Shown here: positions 52,146 to 64,000 of the stretch, in pieces | Numbering within the stretch: position 1 is the first letter of the stretch | Layout: every line of letters begins with the position of its first letter | Assembly: GCF_009914755.1 (NCBI RefSeq) | Contig: NC_060932.1 | Length of the DNA: 64,000 nt | Source of the DNA: the human T2T-CHM13v2.0 reference genome, Homo sapiens | Strand: one strand, 5' to 3' | Translations under genes and position numbers: made by a program | The notes under the pieces: model-generated | The model's input: only the letters and a program-made list of their open reading frames with translations | What the model was told of the DNA's origin: nothing | Databases searched by the model: none

Positions 52146-53709
52146 GTGAATGAATAAATGGATGAATGAATGAATGAAGCTCCCTGGAGCATGAACAGTA
52201 TGCCCTATGTATTGCTGCACCCACAGTGCTGGTTCAGACGCCCTTAGTATTGAAAAAGGACTTGCTGAATAAATCAAGCAACCCATGGATGAACTAATGA
52301 TTGAGTTGCCCCAAGTAGTTTGCTATTTCATGAGTGGCAAAGTGGCAAATGCCTTTCCCTGGAACTCAACACACAAACACTTTCTGAGGCAGCATAACAC
52401 CTAAGTCTGTATGTTAATTACAAGGATCTTTCCTGCGGGAAACAAAAGGCCCATGCATATGAGGAAACACCCAGAGGGCCTCTCCTGTGCCTTGTATACC
52501 TCTCAGATGCCACATCTGAAGACAGTGTCTTTTCAGGGGAGGTAGGGAGGAGAGTGCCATCTATAAGCTACTTTCACTCCTCTAATCAGCAGGGGAAGGT
52601 GCCCTGCCCGAGTTCCCTGGGGACACCAATCAGCAGCCATTCACAGGCCTAACTTCAGAGAAGACGCTGAGCCTCACAGGTCCCAAAGGAGGGCCCAGGA
52701 CAAGCTTTTGGCATTCCAGTTTCCACCAGGAAGCAGCTGAGGAAAAGCTACTTACAAAGCATGCATTTCCCCTGAAGTCACAACATGTCTTTCACTAAAG
52801 TAATCTGATATGAGTATCACACAAATACCCTTGGGTCTAATTGGTCACATCAATGCACCTTGTTTTGCTTCGTTCCTGAAAAGGAGTACAGCAGCATTGT
52901 CAAGTCAAAATGCATATGAAATGCACTTAGAAAATTTCTTTCCAAAAATGTTTGGGCCATTGAGACTCTGTGCTGGGGCTAAAGATATGCCTAAGACTCT
53001 GCACCAGGCCTCAGAGACTCAGCACGGGAGGAGAGAGACAAGTTCACTGGCAATTTTGAGCAGAAAGTATTGTGGGAGCCCAGAGGAGGGGAACATCCCT
53101 TAGCCTAAAGGAAGGCTTCCTGGAGACTGTGATATTGGAGTTGACCCTGTACTTCCTACATTGAAGGCATTTATCAAGAAAAAACAATGCTTTGTAAAAC
53201 AAAGACTTATCTTTATATTTTTTAAAATACTGCTCTCTGTTATTCACAAATAATAATCATAATAGCCAAGGCACATTCTGACCCAGCCCAGCCTCACTTC
53301 CTGCCACATCCCTCACTGCAGCCTCTGACTAACATCCAGCCTTACACACCTACCTGTAGCTCTCCAACACCAGAAATGCCAAGCCTTCTGTTGTATTGCA
53401 CTGTTGACCTCAAGCAACCCTCAGGGTCAGACTTTGCTGGAATCTTTAGGAACTGACCAAGGCTTCCCCATTCTCAGAGCCTCCACAGGCTTCCCTGGGA
53501 GGAACCAGATGTCTACAAACCCTCACAGGATCTTGAGTTCACCCTGGCTGAGAACTTGTCACAGTACATGGTAAGGCCATCAGCAAGAGGAGAGCAGGAA
53601 CCTCCCGTACGCCTGGCACACAGGAAGCACCAGTGTCTCTTTGCTGAGAAACAACTGGTTTGATAAATTGATGGGAGAACAAATGACTGCATCTAGCCAT
53701 CTCACTTAC

Positions 53710-53717
53710 CTGAAATT
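53710..53717 (-). other. Candidate 8-nt microexon or recursive (AG|GT) splice site
   Basis: Minus strand reads tttttttctcccttttgatttttag|AATTTCAG|gtaagtgag; motif evidence only. Confidence 0.35.
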
Positions 53718-53969
53718 CTAAAAATCAAAAGGGAGAAAAAAATCTGAATGCACAGAAAATATAGAACTAACCAAATACTCCCATTCCTGTGGCCCATTCA
53801 TTTGACTCCAGAAAGGAACCTCAATCCACAGCCCATGTACTGTCCCTCTGGAAAAAATTCAAACATATCTTAGAGTCTATAGGTGTCACTTTCAAATCCC
53901 AACTCTGCCTCTTCAGTTTACTGCCAAAGCCACACTTTCCTGTTCTGTGTGTTTATAACAATGGTACAT

Positions 53970-55070
53970 GCATACATTCATTCATTTGAAGCTTCAAATA
54001 AGTGCCAAACACTGTTCTAGTCCTCAGAGATTTCGTAGTGAACAAAACAGACAATGTTCAAATAGAGGAAGAGAGGCAATGAATAAAATAGATCAGTAAT
54101 ATATTGTGTGTTAGATGGTGGATGCATTGAGAGAAACACTGCAAGGAAGGTGGATAGGGAGTATGGATAGCCAAGGCAGGCTTTTGAGCAGAGACCTGAA
54201 AAGCACAGCATCTTAGTCTATTCTGGCTGCTATAACAAAATAATTTAGACTATGTGCCTTATATATAGCAAATTTATTTCTGACAGTTTTAGAGGCTGGA
54301 CAGCTAAGATCAAGGCACTGGCAGATTTGGTGTCTGGTGAGGGCTGCTTCCTGGCTCATAGATGGTGCCTTCTCACTGTGTCCTCACATGAAGGGGCAGA
54401 GGATTTCTAATGGGCCTCTTTTATAAGGGCACTAACCCCATTCATGGGGGCTCCACACTTACAACCTAATCACCTCCCTTCTAGTACCATCACCTTGAGG
54501 GTTAAGAGTTCAATATATGAATTTGTGTGGGACACAAACGTTTAAAGCATAGCAGGGAGTGAGTGGGCCATTGGAATCCTGGGGGAACAATGTTCCAAGC
54601 AGGGGCCACAGCATGTGCAAAGGCCCTGAGGCCCAAATGAGATGGGTGAGTTTAAAGTACAAGAAAGAGGCAGATATGGATGACGTTGATGAAACCACAA
54701 GAGGGGAGGTGAAAGAGGAAATGAGAGCAGGACATCTGGACTTAGAGGGCCATGGTAAGTACTTTGACCTGTGCTCTGGGTAAGAGGGGAAAGGACATTC
54801 ACAGGCACTGGAGCAGGGGAGTAAGATGAACTGATTTGTGTCTCATCTGATCACTCTGGTTGCTGTATTGGTAACAGACTAAAGGGGGAAGCCCAGAAGC
54901 AGGGAGGCCAGGTAGGCAGCCATGTGAGAACTGATGGTTTGGACAATGTAGTGCTTATGAGCATGGTAGGAAGAAATTGGATTCCAGATACATTATGAGA
55001 GTAGAACCAACAGGAATAATTATATGTAAGATGAAGAGTGGAGTTGAGGATGACTTCAAGATTTTGACCT
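53970..55070 (-). mobile_element. L2, interrupted by MLT1A
   Basis: cattcattcattt...gtagtgaacaaaacagaca; gccacagcatgtgcaaaggccctgagg; gatcactctggttgctg. Confidence 0.85.
54209..54554 (-). mobile_element. MLT1A-type solo LTR
   Basis: tcttagtctattctggctgctataacaaaata...gatcaaggcactggcagatttggtgtctggtgaggg...catagca. Confidence 0.9.
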
Positions 55071-56025
55071 GCCTCATAGGGTTGTTGTAGGGAAAAGGAA
55101 GAAAAAATACCCTTCAAAAGCACTTAGCAGAGGACCTAGCATATGGTAAGTACCACAGAAATATCAATGTTGTTATTATGACCATGATTTAATTTTTTAC
55201 AAAAAGTTAATTATCTCTTTAATTGACCCACAGCAAGGTAGAAAAGGCAATTCAGGGGAGAGAGATACTTCTAGAAGACATCTGATTGGGGAAAAAAAAA
55301 GAAATCCCAGTTAACAATATAAGAGAAGGCTGAACAAATTCATTAAGCAGAGCTTAACAAATTCATTAAGAAGTCAGAAAAGCCACAGCTCTTCAGACCC
55401 AGTCAGTAGGAAGACCAACATTCTTACATGCCAAAGTACATTCCTGGGAATCATCTTTTAAAGGTTAATTTTCTTAATGCCAGTGAGTCATTCAGAAGAT
55501 CAAATTATGTTTATTGTGTTCTCCCTAAAAGATCAGTAAACTGCAACCCATTATAGGAAGACTTTCATCTAAAATGTTTAAAGCAAAATACTTGGTACTT
55601 AAAAGCGTAATTCCTCAGACACCTAGAAAAGAAATGGCTGCCTCGAAGATCTAGGAAGATGCATCTTATTGTGACCACATAAATTCACTTACATTAAAAC
55701 ATAAAAGACACATTCACATCCATTACATACTTTGATGCTCATAAAAGCCCTAGGAGGTAGATAATTATCCTTAACTTCATAGGCATGAAATGTTACAGGC
55801 CCAGAAATATGAAGTGATTTGTCTGAAGTCGCACTGCAGAATTAGATTGAGAGCCAAAGCTAGGAACGTGGAAGAAGGATCCTCCTCCCTCAGGTTCTCT
55901 TCACTGGCCCATGCCCTCCCAGTGTCCATGTGCCTAGGAAAGCTGCTCACAGTGGGAAAAGCCAGACCTAGAATTGAAATCTCATTCTGCCACTAACATT
56001 TGTGTGATCTTTCATAATCTAAATA

Positions 56026-56210
56026 AGGCATGGCCAAACTTTCATTGCATGTCAAACTTAATTGCTCTATTATGGCTTCCAGGAGTCCTGTGTTGAAGGA
56101 ATCCATGATCAGACAATCTGCCTGGAAAGAAATGTGAGTTTGATTAACAATATCTGCCATGAGCACAGACTGGGGAATGGGGGCATGATGCCTCATGTCT
56201 GTCATCACTG
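56026..56210. mobile_element. MER117-like hAT MITE inside a MIR
   Basis: ctgtgttgaaggaatcc...ggaaaga...gattaacaatatctgccatgagcac...tgtcatcactg. Confidence 0.55.
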
Positions 56211-56309
56211 GGTTAGATGATCTATAAATTCCCTTCCAAATCTCATGTCAGATGATTATAACTAAACAGAAATGTCTAGATCCATGAATAAAGGAGAAAT
56301 GCAAATGCA

Positions 56310-56538
56310 CAAATACATATATATTTTTATATATAAATATATATATTTATATATGAGATATATATCTCATATATACATTTATATGAGATATATATCATAT
56401 ATATATTTATATATGATATATATCATATATATATGTATATATGAGATATATATACATATAAAGTTGATATATGTATATCTATATATATCATATATATAAA
56501 GTTGATGTGTGTGTATGTATATATACATATATATATAT
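56310..56538. repeat. (TA)n-rich low-complexity tract
   Basis: Read directly; includes repeated tttatatgagatatatatc and ataaagttgat units. Confidence 0.95.
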
Positions 56539-57186
56539 CAACTTTCTGCAATACCAGAGAGACTCTGCCAGAGGCTTTTTGTATCATAACAACATTTTCA
56601 AATATTTATACTTCACATTTTTAGAATATCCTCACTCTGAGAAGGTCAAGGTAATATACCTTACTAACACTTTTGTGTATTTTCCAATTGCCATTTGTAG
56701 AAATTGTATCTTAAACTATAGCCAACAGGAATTTGCTCATATTTCCAGAATGTGTGTTGCCATTAACAGTGGAGGTAGCTTTATTGCCTAATCAGTTACT
56801 CTACAAATTCCATTTTGCAGAATATATGACATTTTGCAGAGAAATAAAACCATGGCCTAACAGTAATAAATACAAACTATAATGGGGGAAAGATTGTACT
56901 TTTTATACCTAACTCTACCAAGAATAATCATCACACTAAACAACATATGTTATCTTTGGGGTGGTGGTTTCTGCAGCTTAATTGTGACATCTCATTTTGA
57001 ATCACTTTGTTACAATATACATTATTGGTATGTCTGTGTAACAAAGGTCACCTTTGATCATCTCAAAAGGCAAAAGTCTATGCACAGCTTTTTTGATACT
57101 GCTTTATTCTAGAAATAATCTATTATTGATTGTTCTGAACAAAATATGCTGTGAAAGTAACTTGCAGCAAGCAGAGAAAAAGTTAC

Positions 57187-57425
57187 TTTTTTTTTTTTGA
57201 GACAGAGTCTTGTTCTGTTGCCACAATCTCTGCCTCCTGGGTTCAAGCAATTCTGTAGCTAGGACTACAGTCATGTGCCACCACACCTGACTACTTTTTG
57301 TATTTTCAGTAGAGACAGTTTCATCACGTTGACTGGACTGGTCTTGAACTCCTGGCCTCAAGTGATCTGCTCGCATGGGCCTCCCAAAGTGCTGAGATTA
57401 CAGGCGTGAGCCACTGGGCCCAGCC
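57187..57425 (-). mobile_element. AluS with two internal deletions in the right arm
   Basis: Junctions tgttgcc|acaatctc and gcaattct|gtagct; TSD aa(a/g)agttac at 57178 and 57426. Confidence 0.9.
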
Positions 57426-57704
57426 AAGAGTTACATTTTTTCAGCCACAAATATATATCAAGGTGAGCTGTATCCCACTTAATTTAATACACACAACATT
57501 CATGGCAGGTTTTTCTTCCAAACCTTGATATTGAAGATAAGGAAACAGAGGTAAGCTCATTTATTCAACAAATATTTCTTGAACAGATATTAGGTGTCAG
57601 ATGCCTATTATAAAACAAGTTATATAACTAGTAAGTAGCAAGTGACAGTAATCTAATTCCTAGATTAGAATTCAGCCACCTGATTATCTTTTCTCCAGCC
57701 CAGC

Positions 57705-57890
57705 ATTTTTCGCAGCACGATCTGATATGGCCCACCTACATCAGAGTCAACCAGAGTATTTGTAATAAACATATCCTTAGCCTCACCCAGGCTTACTGAA
57801 TCAGAATCTCATGTAGGAGCTTGAGAATCTGCCTTTTACCAAGCAACTCTGCTGATTCTACACACAGTAACATTGAGAACAACTGTTTTT
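57705..57890. mobile_element. MER5-type MITE
   Basis: cctcacccaggcttactgaatcagaatctc...gaatctgccttttaccaagc...ttgagaacaactg. Confidence 0.75.
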
Positions 57891-58224
57891 TATTACATCA
57901 TATCCCCAAGATACTTTAAGCAAGAAAACAGTAGGTATGGTGCCGGGTGGATTGTAGGGATTTGATAAATATTTATTGAATAACTAAACTCTTGCTGCAT
58001 TTGGTGCATTGCTTAATTATATTAGGAGAGCTTTATCTAGGAAACTAGCAACATTTTCTTTATTAAACAAAGAACAGAGTAAAAATTTTGTGATGCCTTC
58101 CAAATAAACAGCATATTCACACAAGTACCTGATTTAGTCTCCAAGAAATATCTTATCAGTGGAAAAGTTAATTCAAATGGCTTATATAAAGGAAACAGCT
58201 AAAATGCTAGATAATTTACCAGAA

Positions 58225-61200
58225 TTTTTTAAAATTTAATTTTAAGTCACAGGATACATGTGCAGATGTGCAGGTTTGTTACATAACCATGTGCCATGGT
58301 GGTTTGCTGCACCTATTAACCCATCACCTAGGTATTAATCCCTGCATGCATTAGGTATTTATCCTGATGCTCTCCCTTCCCCTGCACCCAACCCCAAAAG
58401 GCCCCAATGTGTGTTGTTTCCCTCTCTGTGTCCATGTGTTATCATTGTTCAGCTCCCACTTACAAGTGAGAACATGAGGTGTTTGGTTTTCCATTCCTGT
58501 GTTAGCTTGCTGAGGATAATGGCTTCCAGTTCCATCCATGTCCCTGAAAAGGACATGATCTCATTCCTTTTTATTGCTGCATAGTTCTCCATTGTGTATA
58601 TATACCACATTTTCTCTATCCAGTCTACCACTGATGGGCATTTGGGTTGATTCCCATCTTTGCTATTGTGCATAGTGCTGCAATGAACCTACAAATGCAT
58701 GTATCTTTATAGTTGAATGATTTATATTCCTTTGGATATATATCCAGTAATGGGATTGCTGGGTCAAATGGTATTTCTAGTTCTAGGTCTTTGAGGAATC
58801 ACCACACTGTCTTCCACAATGAGTAAACTAATTTACATTCCTACCAACAGTGTAAAAACATTCCTATTTCTCCACAGACTTGCCAGCATCTGTTGTTTCT
58901 TGACTTTTTAATATCACCATTCTGACTGGCATGAGATGGTATCTCATTGTGGTTTTGATTTGCATTTCTCTAATGATCAGTGATGTTGAACTTTTTTTCA
59001 TATGCTTGTTGGCCATAGAAATGTCTTCTTTTGAGAAGTGTCTGTTCATTTCCTTTGCCCACTTTTTAATGGGGTTGTTTTTTCTTGTAAATTTGTTGAA
59101 GTTCCTTGTAGATTCTGGATTTTAGACCTTTGTCAGATAGGTAGATTGCAAAAATTTTCTCCCATTATGTAGGATGTCTGTTCACTCTGATGATAGTTTC
59201 TTTTGCTGTGGAGAAGTTCTTTAGTTTAATTAGGTCCCATTTGTCAACCTTTGCTTTTGTTGCAATTGCTTTTGACATTTTCATCATGAAATCTTTGCCC
59301 ATCCCTATGTCCTGAATGGTATTGCCTAGGTTTTCTTCTAGGGTTTTCATAGTTTTGGGTTTTACATTTAAGTCTTTAATCCATCTTGAGTTAATTTTTG
59401 TGTAAGGTGTAAGGAATGGGTCCAGTTTCAATGTTCTGCATATGACCAGACATTTTCCCAGCACCATTTATTAAATAGGAAATCCTTTCCCCATTGCTTG
59501 TTTTGTCAGGTTTGTCAAAGATCAGATGGTTGTAGATGTGCAGTCTTATTTCTGACATCTCTATTCTGTTCCACTAGTCTATGTGTCTGTTTTTGTACTA
59601 GTACCATGCTGTTTTGGTTACCGTAGCCTTGTAGTATAGTTTGAAGTTAGTAGCCTGATGCCTCCAGCTTTGTTCTTTTTTCTTTGGATTGTCTTGACTA
59701 TATGGGCTCTTTTTTGATTCCATATGAATTGTGAAGTAGTTTTTTTTTTTTAATTCTGTGAAGAATCTCAGTGGTAGTTTAATGGAAATAGCATTGAATC
59801 TATAAATTACTTTGGGCAGTATGGCCATTTTCATGATATTGATTTTTCCTATCTATGAGCATGCAATGTTTTTCCATTTGTTTGTGTCTTCTCTCATTTC
59901 CTTGAGCACTGGTTTGTAGTTCTCCTTTAAGAGGTCCTTCACTTCCTTTGTTAGCTGTATTCTTAGGTATTGTATTCTCTTTGTGGCAGTTGTGAATGCG
60001 AGTTCATTCACGATTTGGCTCTCTGCTCCTCTACTGTTGGTGCATAGGAATGCTTGTGATTTTTGCACATTTATTTTGTATCCTGAGACTTTGCTGAAGT
60101 TGCTTACCAGTTTAAGAAGCTTTTGGGCTGAGACAACAGGGTGTTCTAGATATAGGATCATGTCATCTGCAAACAGAGACAGTTTAACTTCCTCTCTTCC
60201 TATTTGAATATCTTTTATTTCTTTCTCTTGCCTGAATGCTTTGGCTAGAACTATTAATAATATGTTGAATAGGAGTGGTGAGAGAGGGCACCCTTGTCTT
60301 GTGCCTGTTTTCAAATGGAATGCTTCCAGCTTTTGCCCATTCAGTATGATATTGGCTGTGGATTTGTCATAAATGGCTATTATTTTGAGTATGTTCCATT
60401 AATATGTAGTTTATTGAGAGCTTTTAACGTGAAGGGATATTTAATTTTATTGAAGGCTTTTTTTTTTTGCATCTATTGAGATAATCATGTGGTTTTTTTC
60501 TTTAATTCTGTTTATGTGATGAGTTACACTTATTGATTTGCATATGTTGAACCAACCTTTCATCCCAGAGATGAAGCCAACTTGATCATGGTGAATAAGC
60601 TTTTTGATGTGCTGCTGGATTCATTTTGCCAGTATTTTATTGAGAATTTTTGCATCAATGTTCATCAAGATATTGGCCTCAGTTTTCTCTTTTTATTGTA
60701 TGTCTGCTAGGTTTTGATATCAGGATGATGCTGGCCTCATAAAATGAGTTAGGGAGAAGTCCATCTTTTTCAATTGTTTGGAATCATTTCAAAAGAAATG
60801 GTACCAGCTTCTCTTTGTAGCTCTGATATAATTCAGCTGTAAATCCATCTGGTCCTGGGCTTTTTTTTGGTTGGTAGGCTATTTATTACTGCCTCAATAT
60901 CAGAATGTGTTATTGGTCTATTCAGGAATTCAGCTTCTTCCTGGTTCAATCTTGGGAGGATGTGTGTGTCCAGGAATTTATTCATTTCTTCTAGATTTTT
61001 TAGTTTATTTGAATAGAAGTGTTTATAATATTCTCTGATGGTTGTTTGTACTTCTGTGGGTCAGTGGTGATACCCCTTTATCATTTTTTATTGTGTCTAT
61101 TTGATTTTCTCTCATTTCTTCTTTATTAGTCTAGCTAGTGGTATTATCTATTTTATTAATTTTTTCAGAAAACAAGCTTCTGGAATCATTGATTTTTTGA

Positions 61201-63862
61201 AGGGTTTTTCATGTCTCTATCTCCTTCAGTTTCACTCTGATCGTGCTTATTTCTGCCTTCTGCTAGCTTTGGGGTTTGTTTGCTTTTGGTTCACTAGTTC
61301 TTTTAGTTGCAATGTTAGGGTATTGATTTTGAGATCCCTCTAGCTTTTTGATGTGGGCAGTTAGTGCTATAAATTTCCCTCTTAACACTGCTTTAGCTGC
61401 ATCCCAGAAATTCTGGTATGTTGTCTCTTTGTTCTCATTGGTTTCAAAGAACTTCTTGATTTCTGCTTTAATTTCATTATTTACCCAGGAGTCATTCAGG
61501 AGCAAGTTGTTCAATTTCCATGTAGTTGTGTGGTTTTGAGTGAGTTCTTCAATCTTGAATTCTAATTTGATTGTGGTCTGACACTGTTTGTTATGATTTC
61601 AGTTCTTTTGCATTTGCTGAGGAGTGTTTTACTTCCAATTATGTGATTGATTTTAGAATAAATGCCATACGGCACTGAGAAAAATGTATATCCTGTTGTT
61701 TTTGTTGGAGAGTTCTGTAGATATCTATCAGGTCCACTTGATCCAGAGCTGAGTTCAAGTCCTGAATATCCTGTTAATTTTCTGTCTCAATCTGTCTAAT
61801 ATTAACTGTTGGGTGTTAAAGTCTCCCACTATTATTATGTGGGAGTCTAAGTTTCTTTGTAGGTCTCAAAGAACTTGTTTTATAAATCTGGGCACTCCTC
61901 TATTGGGTGCATATATATTTAGGATCATTAGCTCTTCTTGTTGCATTGATCCCTTTACCATTATGTATTGTGCTTCTTTGTCTTTTTTTATTTTTATTGG
62001 TTTAATGTCTACTTTGTCAGAGACTAAGATTGCAACCCCTACTTTATTCTGCTTTCCACTTGCTTGGTAAATTTTCCTCCATCCCTTTATTTTGAGCCTG
62101 TGTATGTCTTTGCATGTGAGATGGGACCTTTGAATACAGCACACCAATGGGTCTTGACTCTTTATCCAGCTTGCCATTCTGTGTCTTTTAATTGGGGCAC
62201 TTAGCTCATTTACATTTAAGATTAATATTGTTATATGTGAATTTGACCCTGTCATCATGATGCTAGCTGGTTATTTTGCATACTAGTTGATGCAATTTCT
62301 TCATAGTGTCATTGGTCTTTGTACTTCAGTGTGTTTTTGTAGTGGCTGGTATCAGTTTTTCTTTTCCCTATTTAGGGATTCCTTCAGAAGCTCTTACAAG
62401 GCAGGCCTGGTGATGATGAATTCCATCAGCATTTGCTTGTCTAAAAAGGATGTTATTTCTCCTTCATTTATGAACCTTAGTTTGTTCAGATATGAAATTC
62501 TGGATTGCAAATTCTTTTCTTTAAGAATGTTGAATGTTAGCCCCCAACTTTTTCTGGCTTGTAGGGTTTCTGCTGAGTGGTCTGCTATTAGTCTGATGGG
62601 CTTCCCTTTGTGGGTAACCTGGCCTTTGTCTCTAGCTGCCCTTAACAAAAGGGTTTTTCCTTCATTTCAACCTTGGAGGATCTGACGATTATGTGTCTTG
62701 CGGTTGATCTTCTCATGGAGTATCTTACTGGGGTTCTCTAGATTTCCTGAATTTGAATGTTGGCCTATCTTCTTAGGCTGGGGAATTTCTCCCTGATGAT
62801 ATACTGAAGTATGTTTTCCAACTAGGTTCCATTCTCCCCATCTCTTTCGGGTACCCCAATCAGTCATAGATTCAGTCTTTTTACATAATCCTATAGTTCT
62901 CAGAGGCTTTGTTCATTCCTTTTCATTCCTTTTTCTCTATTCTTGTCTGCCTGTCTTATTTCAGCAAGATAGTCTTCAAGCTCTGAAATTCTTTCCTCCA
63001 CTTGGTCAATTCAGCCATTGATACTTGTAGTTGCATTGTGAAGTTCTTGTGTTGTGTTTTTCAGCTCCATTAGGTGGTTTATGTTACTCTCTAAACTGAT
63101 TATTCTGGTTAACACCTCCTGTAATGTTTTATCATGGTTGTTAGCTTCTTTGCATTGGGTTAGAACATGCCCCTTTAGTTCAGCAAAGTTCATTATTACC
63201 CATCTTCTGAAACCTACTTCTGTCAATTCATCCATCTCAGCCTCCGCCCAATTCTGTGCTCTTGCTGGAGAGGTGTTGCAATCACTTGGAGGAGAAGAGG
63301 CACTCTAGCTTTTTGAGTTTTCAGTGTTTTTTCATTGATTCTTTTTCATCTTTATGAGTTTGTCTAGCTTCAATCTTTGAGGCTGCTGGCCTTTGTATAG
63401 GGTTTTTGTGGGGACATTTTTGTTGATGCTGTTGTTGTTGCTTTCTGTTTTTTTTGACAGACAGGCCCCTTTTCCGTAGTGATGCTGTGGTTTGCATGGG
63501 GTCCACTCCAGACCCTATTCATCCAGGTCCTTCCTGCACCTGGAGGTGTCACCAGTGGAGGCTGCAGAACAGCAAAGGTGACTGCGTGCTCCTTCCCAGA
63601 GGGACACCAAACTGATGCCAGCAGGAATGCTCCTGTATAAGGTGTCTGGCAACACCAGTTGGGGGGGTCTCACTCAGTCAGTAAGTTTGAGATCCAGGAC
63701 CTGCTTAACAAAGCAGTGTGTCTGCCCTCTTGGGAGCGGGGTTGAACTGTGCTGGGTACAATCCCACTTGTCTGGGCTGCCTGGATTCCTCAGAGCCAGC
63801 AGAGGGAAAGACTAAGTCTCCTGATCCCTGGAGACCACAGCCACCCCTGCCACCAGGGGCTT
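58225..63862 (-). mobile_element. Near full-length L1PA10/11-like LINE-1 (part of 5' UTR, ORF1, ORF2, 3' UTR; all disrupted)
   Basis: ORF1 pieces (MLRAARDKGQVTHKGKPIRL; coiled coil at 63011-63235); ORF2 start MTGSNSHITIL at about 62258; [10 protein letters not shown] and FADD at 59853-60314; L1PA 3' UTR. Confidence 0.96.
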
Positions 63863-63865
63863 AGC

Positions 63866-64000
63866 CAGAACTTGAAGACTATCTTGCTGAAATAAGACAG
63901 GCAGACAAGATTAGAGAAAAAGAATGAAAAGGAATGAAGAAAGCCTCCAAAATCTATGGGATTATTTAAAAAGACTGAACCTGCAACTGATTGGGGCACC
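63866..64000 (+). mobile_element. Plus-strand L1 ORF1 segment running off the window; inverted homolog of about 62850-62985
   Basis: cttgaagactatcttgctgaaataagacaggcagacaaga is the reverse complement of 62941-62980. Confidence 0.9.

Noticed and set aside
56272-56791. Ile/Tyr-rich ORFs
   Set aside because: They are translations of the (TA)n tract and old L1-like sequence.

Overview
Primate (very probably human) non-coding DNA, intronic or intergenic. It is CpG-depleted with no CpG island, and I found no recognisable protein-coding exon or RNA gene. Much of the window is interspersed repeat: two large minus-strand L1s (17.5-21.3 kb, L1PA3/4-like; 58.2-63.9 kb, L1PA10/11-like), an HSMAR2 mariner fossil, five Alus, MaLR/ERVL/ERV1 solo LTRs (MLT1, MLT2, THE1, LTR16-like, MER21), MITEs (MER5, MER20, MER58, MER82, MER102, MER117) and many L2 and MIR fragments. 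Every long ORF with recognisable homology is L1 or mariner derived; the rest look like chance or low-complexity ORFs. Subfamily calls come from my recall of consensus sequences, not from a search. I cannot support a new multi-gene system here. The best leads are: (1) a tiny L1 insertion with an apparent 3' transduction (8798-8950); (2) a minus-strand 3' splice site/8-nt exon/perfect 5' splice site cassette, either a microexon or a recursive splice site (53701-53745); (3) a twin-primed inverted mini-L1 (31001-31282); (4) old local duplications (14945 vs 16822; 27445 vs 28342) and four copies of CAAGGCCTCCT within 4.5 kb; (5) a head-to-head L1/L1 inverted junction at the window end; (6) a repeat-free block rich in HOX/PBX-type motifs at about 13.4-13.9 kb.
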